DNA of 64,000 nt, from contig JAISHI010000014.1 of NCBI GenBank assembly GCA_031262595.1, forward strand, positions 11,276 through 75,275, written 5' to 3'. Positions 6,824 through 16,738 of the stretch are shown here, one piece after another. The translations under genes were made by a program, and so were the position numbers. The DNA comes from Christensenellaceae bacterium. Its GTDB lineage: Bacteria > Bacillota > Clostridia > Christensenellales > UBA1242. The notes below the pieces were generated by a model. The model did not search any database and had not been told where the DNA came from. It was given only the letters and a program-made list of their open reading frames with translations. How positions within the stretch are numbered: position 1 is the stretch's first letter; every line of letters starts with the position of its first letter.

Positions 6824-9340
6824 ATGGAAAAGAATTTTGACTTCGAGCGGGCTGAGCGCGAGATTAACGCGCGTTGGCTTGAGCGAGAAACCTTTAAAGC
6901 GAATAATAAGAGCGACAAAGCGCCTTATACGGTTATTATGCCGCCGCCGAATATTACAGCGCGCCTTCATATCGGGCACGCGTTTAACGCGACGATTGAG
7001 GACGCGATTATTCGGTTTAAACGAATGCAAGGTTTCGAGGCGTTGCTGCTGCCAGGGGCTGATCACGCCGCGATTGCGACGGAAGTTAAGGTCGTTGAGG
7101 AATTACGCAAACAAGGCATCGAAAAAGCCAGCCTAACGCGCGAGCAGTTCTCGGTTTATATCGAAACTTGGTATCAAAAATATCTCGGCGAGATTTGCGA
7201 ACAATTTAAGGGCCTCGGCTTATCGGCGGATTGGTCGCGCTTTTCGTTTACAATGGACGACAACAACAAAGCCCACGTTCGCCGCGCGTTTAAGAAACTT
7301 TATGACGAGGGCTATATCTATAAAGGAACGCGAATGGTTAACTGGTGCCCCGTTTGCGAAACCGCGCTTTCCGATGCCGAAGTTGAGTTCGAGGAAATGC
7401 AACGCAGCCTTTACGAAATTAAATACGGCGATTTAGTTGTTGCGACAACGCGGCCCGAAACTATGTTTGGCGATACCGCTGTTGCCGTTAACCCGAGCGA
7501 CAAGCGATACGCAAAACTCGTCGGGTCTTTCGTCGAAATTCCGTTAACGAATAAAAAAATCCCGATTATCGCCGACGAGAGCGTTGACATAAAATTCGGA
7601 ACGGGCGCGCTTAAAATAACGCCTGCCCACGACCACAACGACAACGCGGTCGGCATAAAACATAACCTCGAGGCCGTTTGCGTTATCGACCAAAAAGGAA
7701 AGATGTGCGGCGACGCTCCAATTAAATATCACGGAATGACCGCCCTAGAAGCTCGAAAAGTTGTTGTCGCCGACCTTAAGGCCGCGGGGCTTTTAGTTTC
7801 GGTAAAACCGCATTCGAGCAACGTCGGGACTTGTTATCGTTGCCATAACCTAGTCGAGCCACAAATTTCCAGCCAATGGTTTATGAAGATGAAGGAACTC
7901 GCCCAACCGGCTATCGATTGCCTTAATAAAGGCTTAAATTTATATCCAAAAAAGTTCGAAAAAATCTATTTAAATTGGCTGAATAATATTAAGGACTGGT
8001 GCATCTCGCGCCAACTTTGGTCGGGGCATAAAATTCCCGTTTTTGAGTGCGGCGAATGCCGCAAGCGATTTGCGAGCGAATTTGAGCGTCCTATTTGTAG
8101 CTGCGGCGGAAAATGCTCGCAAGATAACGACGTTCTCGATACTTGGTTCTCGTCTGCCCTTTGGCCGTTTTCGACACTCGGCGCGCGCGGGAACAGCGAC
8201 GATTTTAAGAAGTTTTATCCAACCCAAACTATGGCAACCGCCTACGAGATTATTTTCTTTTGGGTTATTCGAATGGTTTTCTCGGGGCTTTATCATACCG
8301 AAAAATTGCCGTTCGAGAACGTCGTTCTTCATGGGCTTGTTAGAGACAGCAAGGGGCGAAAAATGAGTAAGTCGCTCGGCAACGGCATCGACCCGATGGT
8401 TATCATTAAAGAGTTCGGCGCGGATGTTTTGCGGTTCTCGCTGCTTAGCGGAACGAAACTCGACCGCGACCCGCGCTATTCAACGGAAAAGGCGATTCTA
8501 ACGCGCAACTTTATAAATAAGATTTGGAACGCAAGTAAGTTCATCGAAGCCTATGCGCTCGGCGCGGAAATTAGCGACCTTAAAATTGATTTCGCGAAGT
8601 TAGGGGCAGCGGATAAATGGATTTTAACGCAACTTAAAAAGGTTATTAAGGATACGACGGCGCGGTTCGAGAAGTTCGACATCGGCGTTGCTTGCGATTA
8701 TCTCGAGCGGTTTTTTTGGGGCGACGTTTGCGACGTTTATCTCGAGAGCGCGAAAGTTTCCGCGGATAAAAAACAAACCGCGCGGATTTTGCTCTTCGTT
8801 TTAAATAACTTCTTGCGTTTGTTGCACCCAATCATGCCGTTCGCGACGACAACCCTTTATAAGGAATTTTTCGATATCGAGGATGTCGCATTCGAGCCGT
8901 TCCCGAACGCAGAAGAGATTAAAGGCAACTTCGCGAAAGAAGCGCGCCTTTTCGAGGGTTATATTGCGCTTATAAAATATCTGCGCGACGCAAAAAAGAA
9001 AGATAATGCGCTTAAAACGGCGAATGTTTTCTCATCGGATTTAATCGACGGCGCGAATATCGCGATAATCGAAAAACTCTCGGCGGTTAAGATAGAACTT
9101 GAAAAAATCGCTAAACCCGACGCGGTTGTTTCGGAATTTAAAATACTCCTCGGCGTTGACGAAACTAAAAAGCGCGCGGAAATCGCGAAAAAAATCGACG
9201 AACTTAAATTCGAAATCGCGCGTAGCGAAAAAATGCTCGCTAACCCTGCGTTCGTTTCGAAAGCCCCCGCCGCCTTAATAAAAGCCGAGCAAGAAAAACT
9301 CGCCCGAAACGAAAGCCTACTAAAATCGCTAATTAACTAA
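6824..9340 (+). CDS. valS: valine--tRNA ligase
   Basis: 838 aa. Has the HIGH-type motif (PPPNITARLHIGHA), KMSKS, and the C-terminal coiled coil. Confidence 0.97.
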   Translation: MEKNFDFERAEREINARWLERETFKANNKSDKAPYTVIMPPPNITARLHIGHAFNATIEDAIIRFKRMQGFEALLLPGADHAAIATEVKVVEELRKQGIEKASLTREQFSVYIETWYQKYLGEICEQFKGLGLSADWSRFSFTMDDNNKAHVRRAFKKLYDEGYIYKGTRMVNWCPVCETALSDAEVEFEEMQRSLYEIKYGDLVVATTRPETMFGDTAVAVNPSDKRYAKLVGSFVEIPLTNKKIPIIADESVDIKFGTGALKITPAHDHNDNAVGIKHNLEAVCVIDQKGKMCGDAPIKYHGMTALEARKVVVADLKAAGLLVSVKPHSSNVGTCYRCHNLVEPQISSQWFMKMKELAQPAIDCLNKGLNLYPKKFEKIYLNWLNNIKDWCISRQLWSGHKIPVFECGECRKRFASEFERPICSCGGKCSQDNDVLDTWFSSALWPFSTLGARGNSDDFKKFYPTQTMATAYEIIFFWVIRMVFSGLYHTEKLPFENVVLHGLVRDSKGRKMSKSLGNGIDPMVIIKEFGADVLRFSLLSGTKLDRDPRYSTEKAILTRNFINKIWNASKFIEAYALGAEISDLKIDFAKLGAADKWILTQLKKVIKDTTARFEKFDIGVACDYLERFFWGDVCDVYLESAKVSADKKQTARILLFVLNNFLRLLHPIMPFATTTLYKEFFDIEDVAFEPFPNAEEIKGNFAKEARLFEGYIALIKYLRDAKKKDNALKTANVFSSDLIDGANIAIIEKLSAVKIELEKIAKPDAVVSEFKILLGVDETKKRAEIAKKIDELKFEIARSEKMLANPAFVSKAPAALIKAEQEKLARNESLLKSLIN

Positions 9341-9352
9341 AAATAAAATACC

Positions 9353-9384
9353 AAAACAAAACGCCGTTAATTCGGCGTTTTTTG
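9353..9384. terminator. bidirectional intrinsic terminator between valS and the M16 peptidase gene
   Basis: ACGCCG-ttaatt-CGGCGT flanked by an A-run and a T-run. Confidence 0.7.
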
Positions 9385-9387
9385 TAA

Positions 9388-10635
9388 TTAAACCTTTGCG
9401 CCGCCGACGCAGGCGTAAATTGCGTTCTCGAGTTTAAAAATTTCGCGCGCAAGTCCATTTAAGTCGTCAACGGTTATCGCGTCGATGATTTTTAGGTATT
9501 CCTCGTCGGTTGTTATCTTATTATATTCCGCGATGCTCTCGGCGTTTCGGAGGTTAACGCCCTCAACGCTTTCGCTCGCGAAAAGGCGGTTCGTGCGTTT
9601 TATCTTTTTAACTTTTTCGAGTTCTTCGGCTAAAACTCCCCCAGCGACGAGTTTTTGAACCTCTAATTTAACGGCGTCGATAACGCGTTTCGTATTTTTA
9701 GGCGTGCAAGAAAAATAGATATAAAAGTTTCCGCCAATCGGGGTTAGGTCAATTCCGCCGGAAATCGTATAAACGAGCCCTAATTTTTCGCGGATATTAA
9801 GAAAGAGACGCGAACTCATGTCGCCGGCGAAAACCTCCCGAAGTAGCGAAACCCCATAACGGCGGTCGTCGTTGCTGGAAATCGCTGGGAACATAATCAT
9901 AACGTTTTGTTGCGCGATTTTGCGCTTCCTAAAAACCTTCGACGGTGCGGGTTTTATTAACTGCTTCGCTGGTTTCGCGAGGTTTGGTAAATTCTTAGCC
10001 TTAAACTTACTCTCAAAATATTTCAAAACGAGTTCGTCGGCTTGCTTTTCCGTTATGTTGCCCGAAATCGCGATGATTGTATTTTGCGGTTTATAATGCT
10101 TCTTTATATAGTTGTAAATCGAGCTTGGTTTATAACCTTTTATTTGTTTCGCTGTGCCCGCGATTGGGTGCTCGTATTGCGTGCCCTTAAAATAGGTCGA
10201 GCCCGCGAGTTCGTAAAGCGCGCTGCGTGGATTATCATTATGCATCGCGATTTCTTGGCAAATAACCTCGGCTTCGCGTTCGAAATCGTCGTCGGGGAAC
10301 TTCAAATTAAAGTACATATCGCTTAAAATATCCATGCAAACCGGCGCGTTGTCGATAAGCCCGCGCGTGTGATAACAAGTCGAATCGCTCGAAGTCCATG
10401 CGTTATAATCGACGCCCTCATTCGAGAGCGTTTTCGCGATGTCCTCGCTTGTTCGGGTCGTCGTCCCTTTAAAGAGCATGTGCTCAACAAAATGCGAGAG
10501 CCCTTCTTCGCTAGGAATCTCGTTTTTACTCCCGACTTTAACTAGAACCGCAATCGAAACCGACGAAAAATTCGGCATTTCTTGGGTCAATAACCTAAGC
10601 CCAGACGGATAAACTTTTTCTTTAACTTCTTTCAT
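9388..10635 (-). CDS. M16 family zinc peptidase (pitrilysin-like)
   Basis: Carries the HxxEH motif (HFVEHMLFKGT). I prefer the ATG at 10635 (MKEVKEKVYPSGLRL...) over the TTG at 10671. Confidence 0.8.
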   Translation of the reverse strand: MKEVKEKVYPSGLRLLTQEMPNFSSVSIAVLVKVGSKNEIPSEEGLSHFVEHMLFKGTTTRTSEDIAKTLSNEGVDYNAWTSSDSTCYHTRGLIDNAPVCMDILSDMYFNLKFPDDDFEREAEVICQEIAMHNDNPRSALYELAGSTYFKGTQYEHPIAGTAKQIKGYKPSSIYNYIKKHYKPQNTIIAISGNITEKQADELVLKYFESKFKAKNLPNLAKPAKQLIKPAPSKVFRKRKIAQQNVMIMFPAISSNDDRRYGVSLLREVFAGDMSSRLFLNIREKLGLVYTISGGIDLTPIGGNFYIYFSCTPKNTKRVIDAVKLEVQKLVAGGVLAEELEKVKKIKRTNRLFASESVEGVNLRNAESIAEYNKITTDEEYLKIIDAITVDDLNGLAREIFKLENAIYACVGGAKV

Positions 10636-10682
10636 AATCCCTATAATATCATAATTTTTTTGCGCGAACAATACAAATTATT

Positions 10683-11378
10683 ATGCGACCAAACCGAACT
10701 TTTATAACGAACGCCGCAATCGGGCTTATGCTTATCGGGCTTTTTGCGGTTGTTTCGTTCGTCGATTTAAGTTCAACCTTTATCTCCGTCGAAGCGCCTG
10801 TTTATAGCGGCAAAAGCGAAACGAAAAGCGTCGCATTTATGTTTAATGTTTATGAAAACGAGGAAACTGTGCGCGAGATTATGAAAGTTCTCGAGGAAAA
10901 CAACGCGAGTGCAACCTTTTTTGTTGGCGGGAAGTGGGCAAAAGATAACCTCAGCACCGTTATAGAGATTGGCAAAAAATTCGAGCTCGGTAATCACGGT
11001 TATTCGCACGCCGAACTCGCGATTTCAAACGTCGAAAAAATAACGCAAGAACTTTCGGCGACCCATAAAATCGTTAAGGGCGCAACCGGCATCGAGATGA
11101 AACTTTTCGCTCCCCCAAGCGGCCATTTTAATAAAACGACGCTTTCTGTCGCGGAAAAACTCGGCTATACGACAGTTATGTGGACTCAAGGCAAGGACAC
11201 AATCGATTGGCGCGACCACGACAAAGACCTTATAATTAAGCGCGCGACGCGGGACGCGAAAAACGGCGATTTAATCTTAATGCACCCAACCGCCGAAACA
11301 CTAGAAGCCCTGCCTGATATAATAAATTTTTATACTAATAATAAATTTTCTATGGAAAAAGTCAGCGAGATTATTTAA
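10683..11378 (+). CDS. pdaB: polysaccharide deacetylase, PdaB-like (sporulation type)
   Basis: N-terminal TM segment and a NodB-homology domain with the PdaB-type first motif (FMFNVYENEE instead of TFDDG), followed by ATFFVGGKW and GNHGYSH. Confidence 0.65.
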   Translation: MRPNRTFITNAAIGLMLIGLFAVVSFVDLSSTFISVEAPVYSGKSETKSVAFMFNVYENEETVREIMKVLEENNASATFFVGGKWAKDNLSTVIEIGKKFELGNHGYSHAELAISNVEKITQELSATHKIVKGATGIEMKLFAPPSGHFNKTTLSVAEKLGYTTVMWTQGKDTIDWRDHDKDLIIKRATRDAKNGDLILMHPTAETLEALPDIINFYTNNKFSMEKVSEII

Positions 11379-11395
11379 GATTTAGGTTGCGGGGC

Positions 11396-11500
11396 GTTTC
11401 GAGCGGATTTTCGAGATAGAAAACAAGCGTTTTGAGGAAAGTTTAGTAAGACCTAAACGACCGAAAAACACGCGTTTTATAGCCGAAAAGACGCCGAAAC
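11396..11500. repeat. copy B of the ~105-nt structured intergenic repeat, ending 3 nt from the stop of the desulfurase gene
   Basis: Aligns to 2890..2995. Same GTTTCG...CGAAAC ends, same GTTTAG/CTAAAC hairpin, and a near-identical last ~37 nt. Confidence 0.7.
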
Positions 11501-11503
11501 GTA

Positions 11504-12613
11504 TTATAACGAATAATTCTTTATTATTTCGCTTAATATCTCGCAAAAGTTTAGGATTTCCGCCTCCGTATTATATGCGCCGAGGCTAACACGAATCGTT
11601 TTTTTCGCGTCGGCCGCGCTTATCCCCATAGCCGATAAAACGCGGTTTTGCTTTGCGTTCGACGAACAAGCGCTCCCGAGCCCGACGAAAATACCGCGCG
11701 CGGACAACGCGTTTAAAACGGTTGCGCCGAGCAATTTTTCAAACCGCAAACTCGTTATAAATGGGTTGTCGTTGTCGCCGTTGGTTTCGACGCCGCTGGG
11801 CAAGTTCGTTATTAGTGTTTTATGTAATTTAGAAACCTTCGCGCGGAAATCGTTTTGCGCCCATTCGGCGATGGCTTGCCGAAACCCGAAAATTGCCGGA
11901 TTATTTATCGTTCCTGCGCGTAAGTTTTGTTGGTGCCCGCCGAAAATGAGCGGTTTAATCTTTACGCCTTTTTTAATCCAAAGTGCGCCAACCCCTTTCG
12001 GGCCGTTAATTTTATGCGCGGAAATAGTTGCGCTAGAAAACTTTTCGCAATCAAAATCGAACTTCATAAAACCTTGAACAAAATCGAGGTGAAGATGCGT
12101 TTTCGGGTTTTTCGCGCGGATAATTTCCGCCGCGCGATTTAGGTCGACCTTCGTTCCCGTCTCACCATTGCAAAAACTTAAAACAACGAGCCGCGTTTTC
12201 TCGCAAACTTTCTCGGCTAAATCGTTAAGGTCAAGTCCGCCGCCCTTCGTCAACTTAATATATTTAACGATAACTCCGCGCCCCTCGAGTTCGCGCGCAG
12301 GCTCGATAACTGAACTATGGTCGAGGCTTGAAACGACAATCTCGTCGCCCGTTTTATAGTTTAGCCCGAAAAGCACCATATTATTGCTCTCCGTTGCCCC
12401 GCTCGTCCAAACAACTTCGCCCTCCGCGCTCGAAATTATCTTCGCGACCTCCTCGCTAGCCGACAAAACCGCCTTCGCAACCGAAACTCCGCCGGCGTAA
12501 GGCGTTGCGCTGTTAAAATAACCTTGCGCCTCCGCTTTGTTCATCGCCGCCAAAACGCTGTCGAAAGGTTTCGTCGTCGCCGCGTTATCTAAATATATAA
12601 TTTCGTTTCCCAC
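11504..12613 (-). CDS. cysteine desulfurase (class V aminotransferase, NifS/IscS-like)
   Basis: PLP lysine in SAHKINGPKGVGAL and active-site Cys in GLGSACSS. The apparent start codon is GTG. Confidence 0.8.
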   Translation of the reverse strand: MGNEIIYLDNAATTKPFDSVLAAMNKAEAQGYFNSATPYAGGVSVAKAVLSASEEVAKIISSAEGEVVWTSGATESNNMVLFGLNYKTGDEIVVSSLDHSSVIEPARELEGRGVIVKYIKLTKGGGLDLNDLAEKVCEKTRLVVLSFCNGETGTKVDLNRAAEIIRAKNPKTHLHLDFVQGFMKFDFDCEKFSSATISAHKINGPKGVGALWIKKGVKIKPLIFGGHQQNLRAGTINNPAIFGFRQAIAEWAQNDFRAKVSKLHKTLITNLPSGVETNGDNDNPFITSLRFEKLLGATVLNALSARGIFVGLGSACSSNAKQNRVLSAMGISAADAKKTIRVSLGAYNTEAEILNFCEILSEIIKNYSL

Positions 12614-12660
12614 TAACCTATATTATAGCAAATTTATGCGAGTTGCAAGCACGGCAACAG

Positions 12661-13272
12661 TTAATTCGTCAACAAAATGCTCTCCGGAACTTCGCCGATT
12701 ATTATATTCTCGCAAAGGAGTATTTCGAGGTTGGCGGAGATTTTTGGGCGCTCGCCAAACCAAACGAGCTCGGCGGAGGTTTGGATTTTAACTTTTATCC
12801 TATGGCGCGTTTGGTTTATGCCCGCGCCCGTGAACTCGCTCTCGGGCACGCATTTAATAAACCCGAGCGGGCGCATCTTAACGCCGATAATTCGCCCGCG
12901 GTCGTTTAAGATAGAGATACCCGAAAGAGTTCCGAGCGGAATACCGATTTTTTTACGCAATTTATTCTCGAGATTTTCGTTCGCGACCGTCGCAACCCCG
13001 CGCAATAATTTATTTATCTCGAACGAATTTAGCGTTATGTTCGAGATTTTTCCGTTTTGATATGAAATTTCCGTTAGCGAGCGGAATGTTTCAGGCGTAA
13101 ACTCCGCCCCAAACGCCTCTTGAACTGCGGCGATACTACTCTCTTCGAGTTTTGCTTGCGCGAACCGAGCGGCAATCGGGCGAAAAACTTTCCTATCAAA
13201 AACTAAAAAAAATCCCGCCCCGCAAATGACGACAACTAAAAAAATGGTTGCGACTTTTTTTATCACAACCAT
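12661..13272 (-). CDS. yunB: sporulation protein YunB
   Basis: N-terminal TM segment plus the stretch IPLGTLSGISILNDRG...FTGAGINQTRHRIKVKI...IIIGEVP, which is typical of YunB. Confidence 0.7.
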   Translation of the reverse strand: MVVIKKVATIFLVVVICGAGFFLVFDRKVFRPIAARFAQAKLEESSIAAVQEAFGAEFTPETFRSLTEISYQNGKISNITLNSFEINKLLRGVATVANENLENKLRKKIGIPLGTLSGISILNDRGRIIGVKMRPLGFIKCVPESEFTGAGINQTRHRIKVKIQTSAELVWFGERPKISANLEILLCENIIIGEVPESILLTN

Positions 13273-13294
13273 TTATATGTTAATTTGCGGTTTT

Positions 13295-14020
13295 TTATTT
13301 TTTCTCTTCGACGGTATCGTATTCGATTTCGGTTGCACTTTTACCGAAGAAAACTCGCGCAAGGAATGCGGCTAAAACTGCCCCAATCATAGGAGCTAAA
13401 ATAAATACCCAAACTTGGCTCAGCGCGTCAATTCCGCCGAAAATCGCAACCCCAAGACTTCTCGCAGGATTAACCGACGTTCCCGTAAAATAGATGCCGA
13501 GTAAGTGAACGACTGTTAGCGCGAGCCCGATATAGATTGGTGCGAGGGATTTATTCGCGGTTTTCCGCGTCGCGGATAGGACAACTAAAACGAAAACCAT
13601 CGTTAAAATGACTTCGATTAAAAGCGCAATCCCTGCTTGCCCGAGTAAACTTGCGCTCGAGAACGCCATCTCATACGAGTTCGTTCCAAGATAACTAGCC
13701 CCGTTAAGCCCAATCGCCTCCGCAATCCCGAACAAAAGCGCGCCGCCGAGTATCGCCCCGAGGAATTGCGCGATAAGATAATAAACAAAATCCTTTATAC
13801 TTATCTTATTGTTGATGAGCATCGCGAACGAAACGGCTGGGTTGACATGACAACCGCTGACCGGCCCGATTATCGCGATTAAAACTAAAAGAGTTAAACC
13901 GAACGCCAAACTCGTCGCGACAATCGACCCGCCAGTATAGGCCGCAACCCCGCAAGCGATGAAAACGAGAACGGCTGTCCCGAAAAATTCCGCAATATAT
14001 TTCCTTAAATTATTCTTCAT
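13295..14020 (-). CDS. MIP-family channel (aquaporin/glycerol facilitator)
   Basis: Two NPA boxes (HVNPAVS and VNPARS) and six predicted TM segments. Confidence 0.9.
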   Translation of the reverse strand: MKNNLRKYIAEFFGTAVLVFIACGVAAYTGGSIVATSLAFGLTLLVLIAIIGPVSGCHVNPAVSFAMLINNKISIKDFVYYLIAQFLGAILGGALLFGIAEAIGLNGASYLGTNSYEMAFSSASLLGQAGIALLIEVILTMVFVLVVLSATRKTANKSLAPIYIGLALTVVHLLGIYFTGTSVNPARSLGVAIFGGIDALSQVWVFILAPMIGAVLAAFLARVFFGKSATEIEYDTVEEKK

Positions 14021-14073
14021 AATATGAATTATCCCCTTTTATATAAAACTTTAACCAATTTTTAAATAAATGT

Positions 14074-16686
14074 CTACAAGGTTTTTGAGATTTCGACGTC
14101 GACCGCGAGCGGAACTTTAAGTTCGATAACGCTTTCCATTTCGCGCTTAACTATTTCCGCGATTTCGTTCGCCTCGCTAGCCTCACAATCCAAAATTAAC
14201 TCGTCATGGACTTGCATGACTAAAAGCGACTTTTTCCCATTTAATTTTTGCGCGATTTTTATCATCGCGAATTTAATTATGTCGCTCGCCGAGCCTTGCA
14301 TAGGCATATTAACCGCCGCGCGCAGCCCGAACTTAACAATATTATGATTTAGGTTCGTAAGTTCCGGTATATATCGGCGTCGCCCGAAAAGCGTTTCCGC
14401 GTATCCGCGTTGGCTCGCTAATTCTTTAAAATTATCTAAACATTTCGCGACTTTCGGGAACGCTTCGAAATATTTTTTTATAAACTCCCCCGCCTCCGCT
14501 GGCGAAACGCCGATATCATTCGAGAGCCCAAACGCACTAATCCCGTAAACAATCCCGAAGTTAACGGCTTTCGCGCGCCTCCTCATATCGCGCGAAACGA
14601 GCTCGGCTGGCACGCCAAAAACCTTCATCGCGGTTTCGGTGTGGATATCCCTGCCGCTCCTGAACGCGCTAATCATGTTTTCGTCGCCGGAAAAATGCGC
14701 GAGGAGGCGGAGTTCGATTTGGGAATAGTCCGCCGAAACTAAAACGCCGCCGTCGAACCTGCTTTTAAAAATCGCGCGAATTTTATCGCTTTCGTCGCCG
14801 CGCTTCGGGATTGTTTGGAGGTTTGGGTTCGAACTCGAAAGCCTGCCCGTAACGACGGCGGTATTATTATAAGAAGAATGTATCAAACCGCGCTCGTCGG
14901 CGAGGCGCGAATAGGATTGGATATAAGAAGAATAGAGTTTAAAAAACTTGCGGTATTCGAGGATATATTCGATAACTTCGTGCTGATTTTTTAGCGAAAT
15001 AAGAACATCCTCGTCAACCGATTTATCGCCGCCTTTCGTTTTTTTCGTCCATCTAAGTTCCAACTTTTCGGCGAGAATTCCGCCCAAAATCTTCGGCGAG
15101 TTTATATTAAACCGCTCGCCAATAATCTCGAAAATTTTGTCCGAAAGTTCGACTAATTTCGCATTGTATTCTATCCCGAGCGCGTTTAAGGCGTCTAGAT
15201 TGACTTGTACGCCGTTTTGTTGCATTTCGATTAAAATGTCGACGAGCGGAAGCTCCGCGTTTTCGTAAAGGTTTGTGAGCCCCTGCGCTCGCATTTTAGC
15301 GAAAAAATCGACGAAGAAAATCGCCGCAGCGAACGCGTTTGTCTCGAGCCCATAACTTAAAAACAAGTCGCCTAAATCTTTAACTTCAACGCGCGTTTTT
15401 AAAAGATGGTCCGCGATTTTTGCGTCGAGGACAACGTTCGAAATCCTAATATTTTGGCGCAAAAGTTTTTCTTTAAGCGATTTACTATCGAATAAAAACT
15501 TCGGAGTTTCGCCCTCGAGGACGCTTTTAAAAACGCCATAAACTTCGATTTCGTCGAGTCCACTTCCAAATAAATCGACCGAATATTCGGTAACGAAATT
15601 CTCGAGTTCATTAAATGCGAACTGCATTCCGCCCTCGGCCTCAACTATCGCGATTTTATCGAACGCGCGCTCGAGGACTTTTTTTATTTCATCGATATTT
15701 TTTAAAACTATATTTTTAGGTTCGAATTTTCTTTTAACGATAACTTCTTGCTTTCGGGGTTGAGGTCGCGGCTCGGGGCTTTCTTTTGGTTTTTCCTCCT
15801 CGGTTTTAAAGTTTCCGCTCCAAAGGTTCTCGCGTTTTAAAAGAGTATTAAACCCGCGCTCTTTAAATTCCGCCCGAACCGCGTCCGCGAACGGCAAGGA
15901 AAATTTCGCGTTTTCGATATCATATATAATAGGAACGGAAATATTTATCGTCGCTAAAACTTTACTTAAAAAAACCATTTCCTTAGACGCGAGGAGTTTC
16001 TCTTTTGTAGCGCCTGAAATTTCGTCTATGCGTTCGTAAAGTTTTTCGATACTGCCGAATTTTTGGATTAACGAAAACGCGGTTTTCTCGCCGATGCCCG
16101 CCGCGCCTAAAATATTATCGCTCTTGTCGCCCATGAGCGCCTTAATGTCGATGAGGCTAGTTGGGTTAACTCCCATTTCGTTTTGAATTCGCGTTTTCGT
16201 CCAAACATCAAGGTTCGAAACGCCTGTTTTTGTTAGATGAAGTTCGATATTGTCGTCGACGAGTTGCAACCCGTCGCGGTCGGCGGAAAGGATAACGACA
16301 GGCATAACCCCCCTAACTTTTTTCGCAACCGCTCCTATTATGTCGTCGGCTTCGAAGGTTTCGAGCGAGAGTTGCGCGACGCCCGCAGTCGTTAAGATTT
16401 TTTTTAAGTCCTCGAACTGAACGGCGAGGTCGTCGGGCATGCCCTTGCGTTGCGCCTTATAACCGCTAAAAAGTTTATGGCGGAAAGTTTTCGCGCGCAT
16501 ATCCCAAGCGACGATAATATGCGTCGGCTTAATATCGCTAACGGCTTTTACGAACATATTTAGAAAGCCATATGTCGCGTTCGTCGGCATTCCCCCGAAC
16601 GAAAGTTCGCCCGCGCCCGCCGTTCCGAACGCATAATATGCGCGGTTTATTAAACTATTCCCGTCGATTAGGAGCAATTTTTCCAT
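14074..16686 (-). CDS. polA: DNA polymerase I
   Basis: 870 aa with a 5' nuclease domain, a central domain, and a family A polymerase domain (...RRRAKAVNFGIVYG..., QVHDELI). Confidence 0.95.
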   Translation of the reverse strand: MEKLLLIDGNSLINRAYYAFGTAGAGELSFGGMPTNATYGFLNMFVKAVSDIKPTHIIVAWDMRAKTFRHKLFSGYKAQRKGMPDDLAVQFEDLKKILTTAGVAQLSLETFEADDIIGAVAKKVRGVMPVVILSADRDGLQLVDDNIELHLTKTGVSNLDVWTKTRIQNEMGVNPTSLIDIKALMGDKSDNILGAAGIGEKTAFSLIQKFGSIEKLYERIDEISGATKEKLLASKEMVFLSKVLATINISVPIIYDIENAKFSLPFADAVRAEFKERGFNTLLKRENLWSGNFKTEEEKPKESPEPRPQPRKQEVIVKRKFEPKNIVLKNIDEIKKVLERAFDKIAIVEAEGGMQFAFNELENFVTEYSVDLFGSGLDEIEVYGVFKSVLEGETPKFLFDSKSLKEKLLRQNIRISNVVLDAKIADHLLKTRVEVKDLGDLFLSYGLETNAFAAAIFFVDFFAKMRAQGLTNLYENAELPLVDILIEMQQNGVQVNLDALNALGIEYNAKLVELSDKIFEIIGERFNINSPKILGGILAEKLELRWTKKTKGGDKSVDEDVLISLKNQHEVIEYILEYRKFFKLYSSYIQSYSRLADERGLIHSSYNNTAVVTGRLSSSNPNLQTIPKRGDESDKIRAIFKSRFDGGVLVSADYSQIELRLLAHFSGDENMISAFRSGRDIHTETAMKVFGVPAELVSRDMRRRAKAVNFGIVYGISAFGLSNDIGVSPAEAGEFIKKYFEAFPKVAKCLDNFKELASQRGYAETLFGRRRYIPELTNLNHNIVKFGLRAAVNMPMQGSASDIIKFAMIKIAQKLNGKKSLLVMQVHDELILDCEASEANEIAEIVKREMESVIELKVPLAVDVEISKTL

Positions 16687-16702
16687 ACCTTAATTATGCA
16701 CT

Positions 16703-16722
16703 AAAAAAGCGGCAAGCGCCAC
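16703..16722 (-). terminator. intrinsic terminator after the ABC transporter gene
   Basis: On the minus strand: GTGGC-GCTT-GCCGC followed by TTTTTT. Confidence 0.55.
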
Positions 16723-16738
16723 TTATTTTTTGGTTGTA

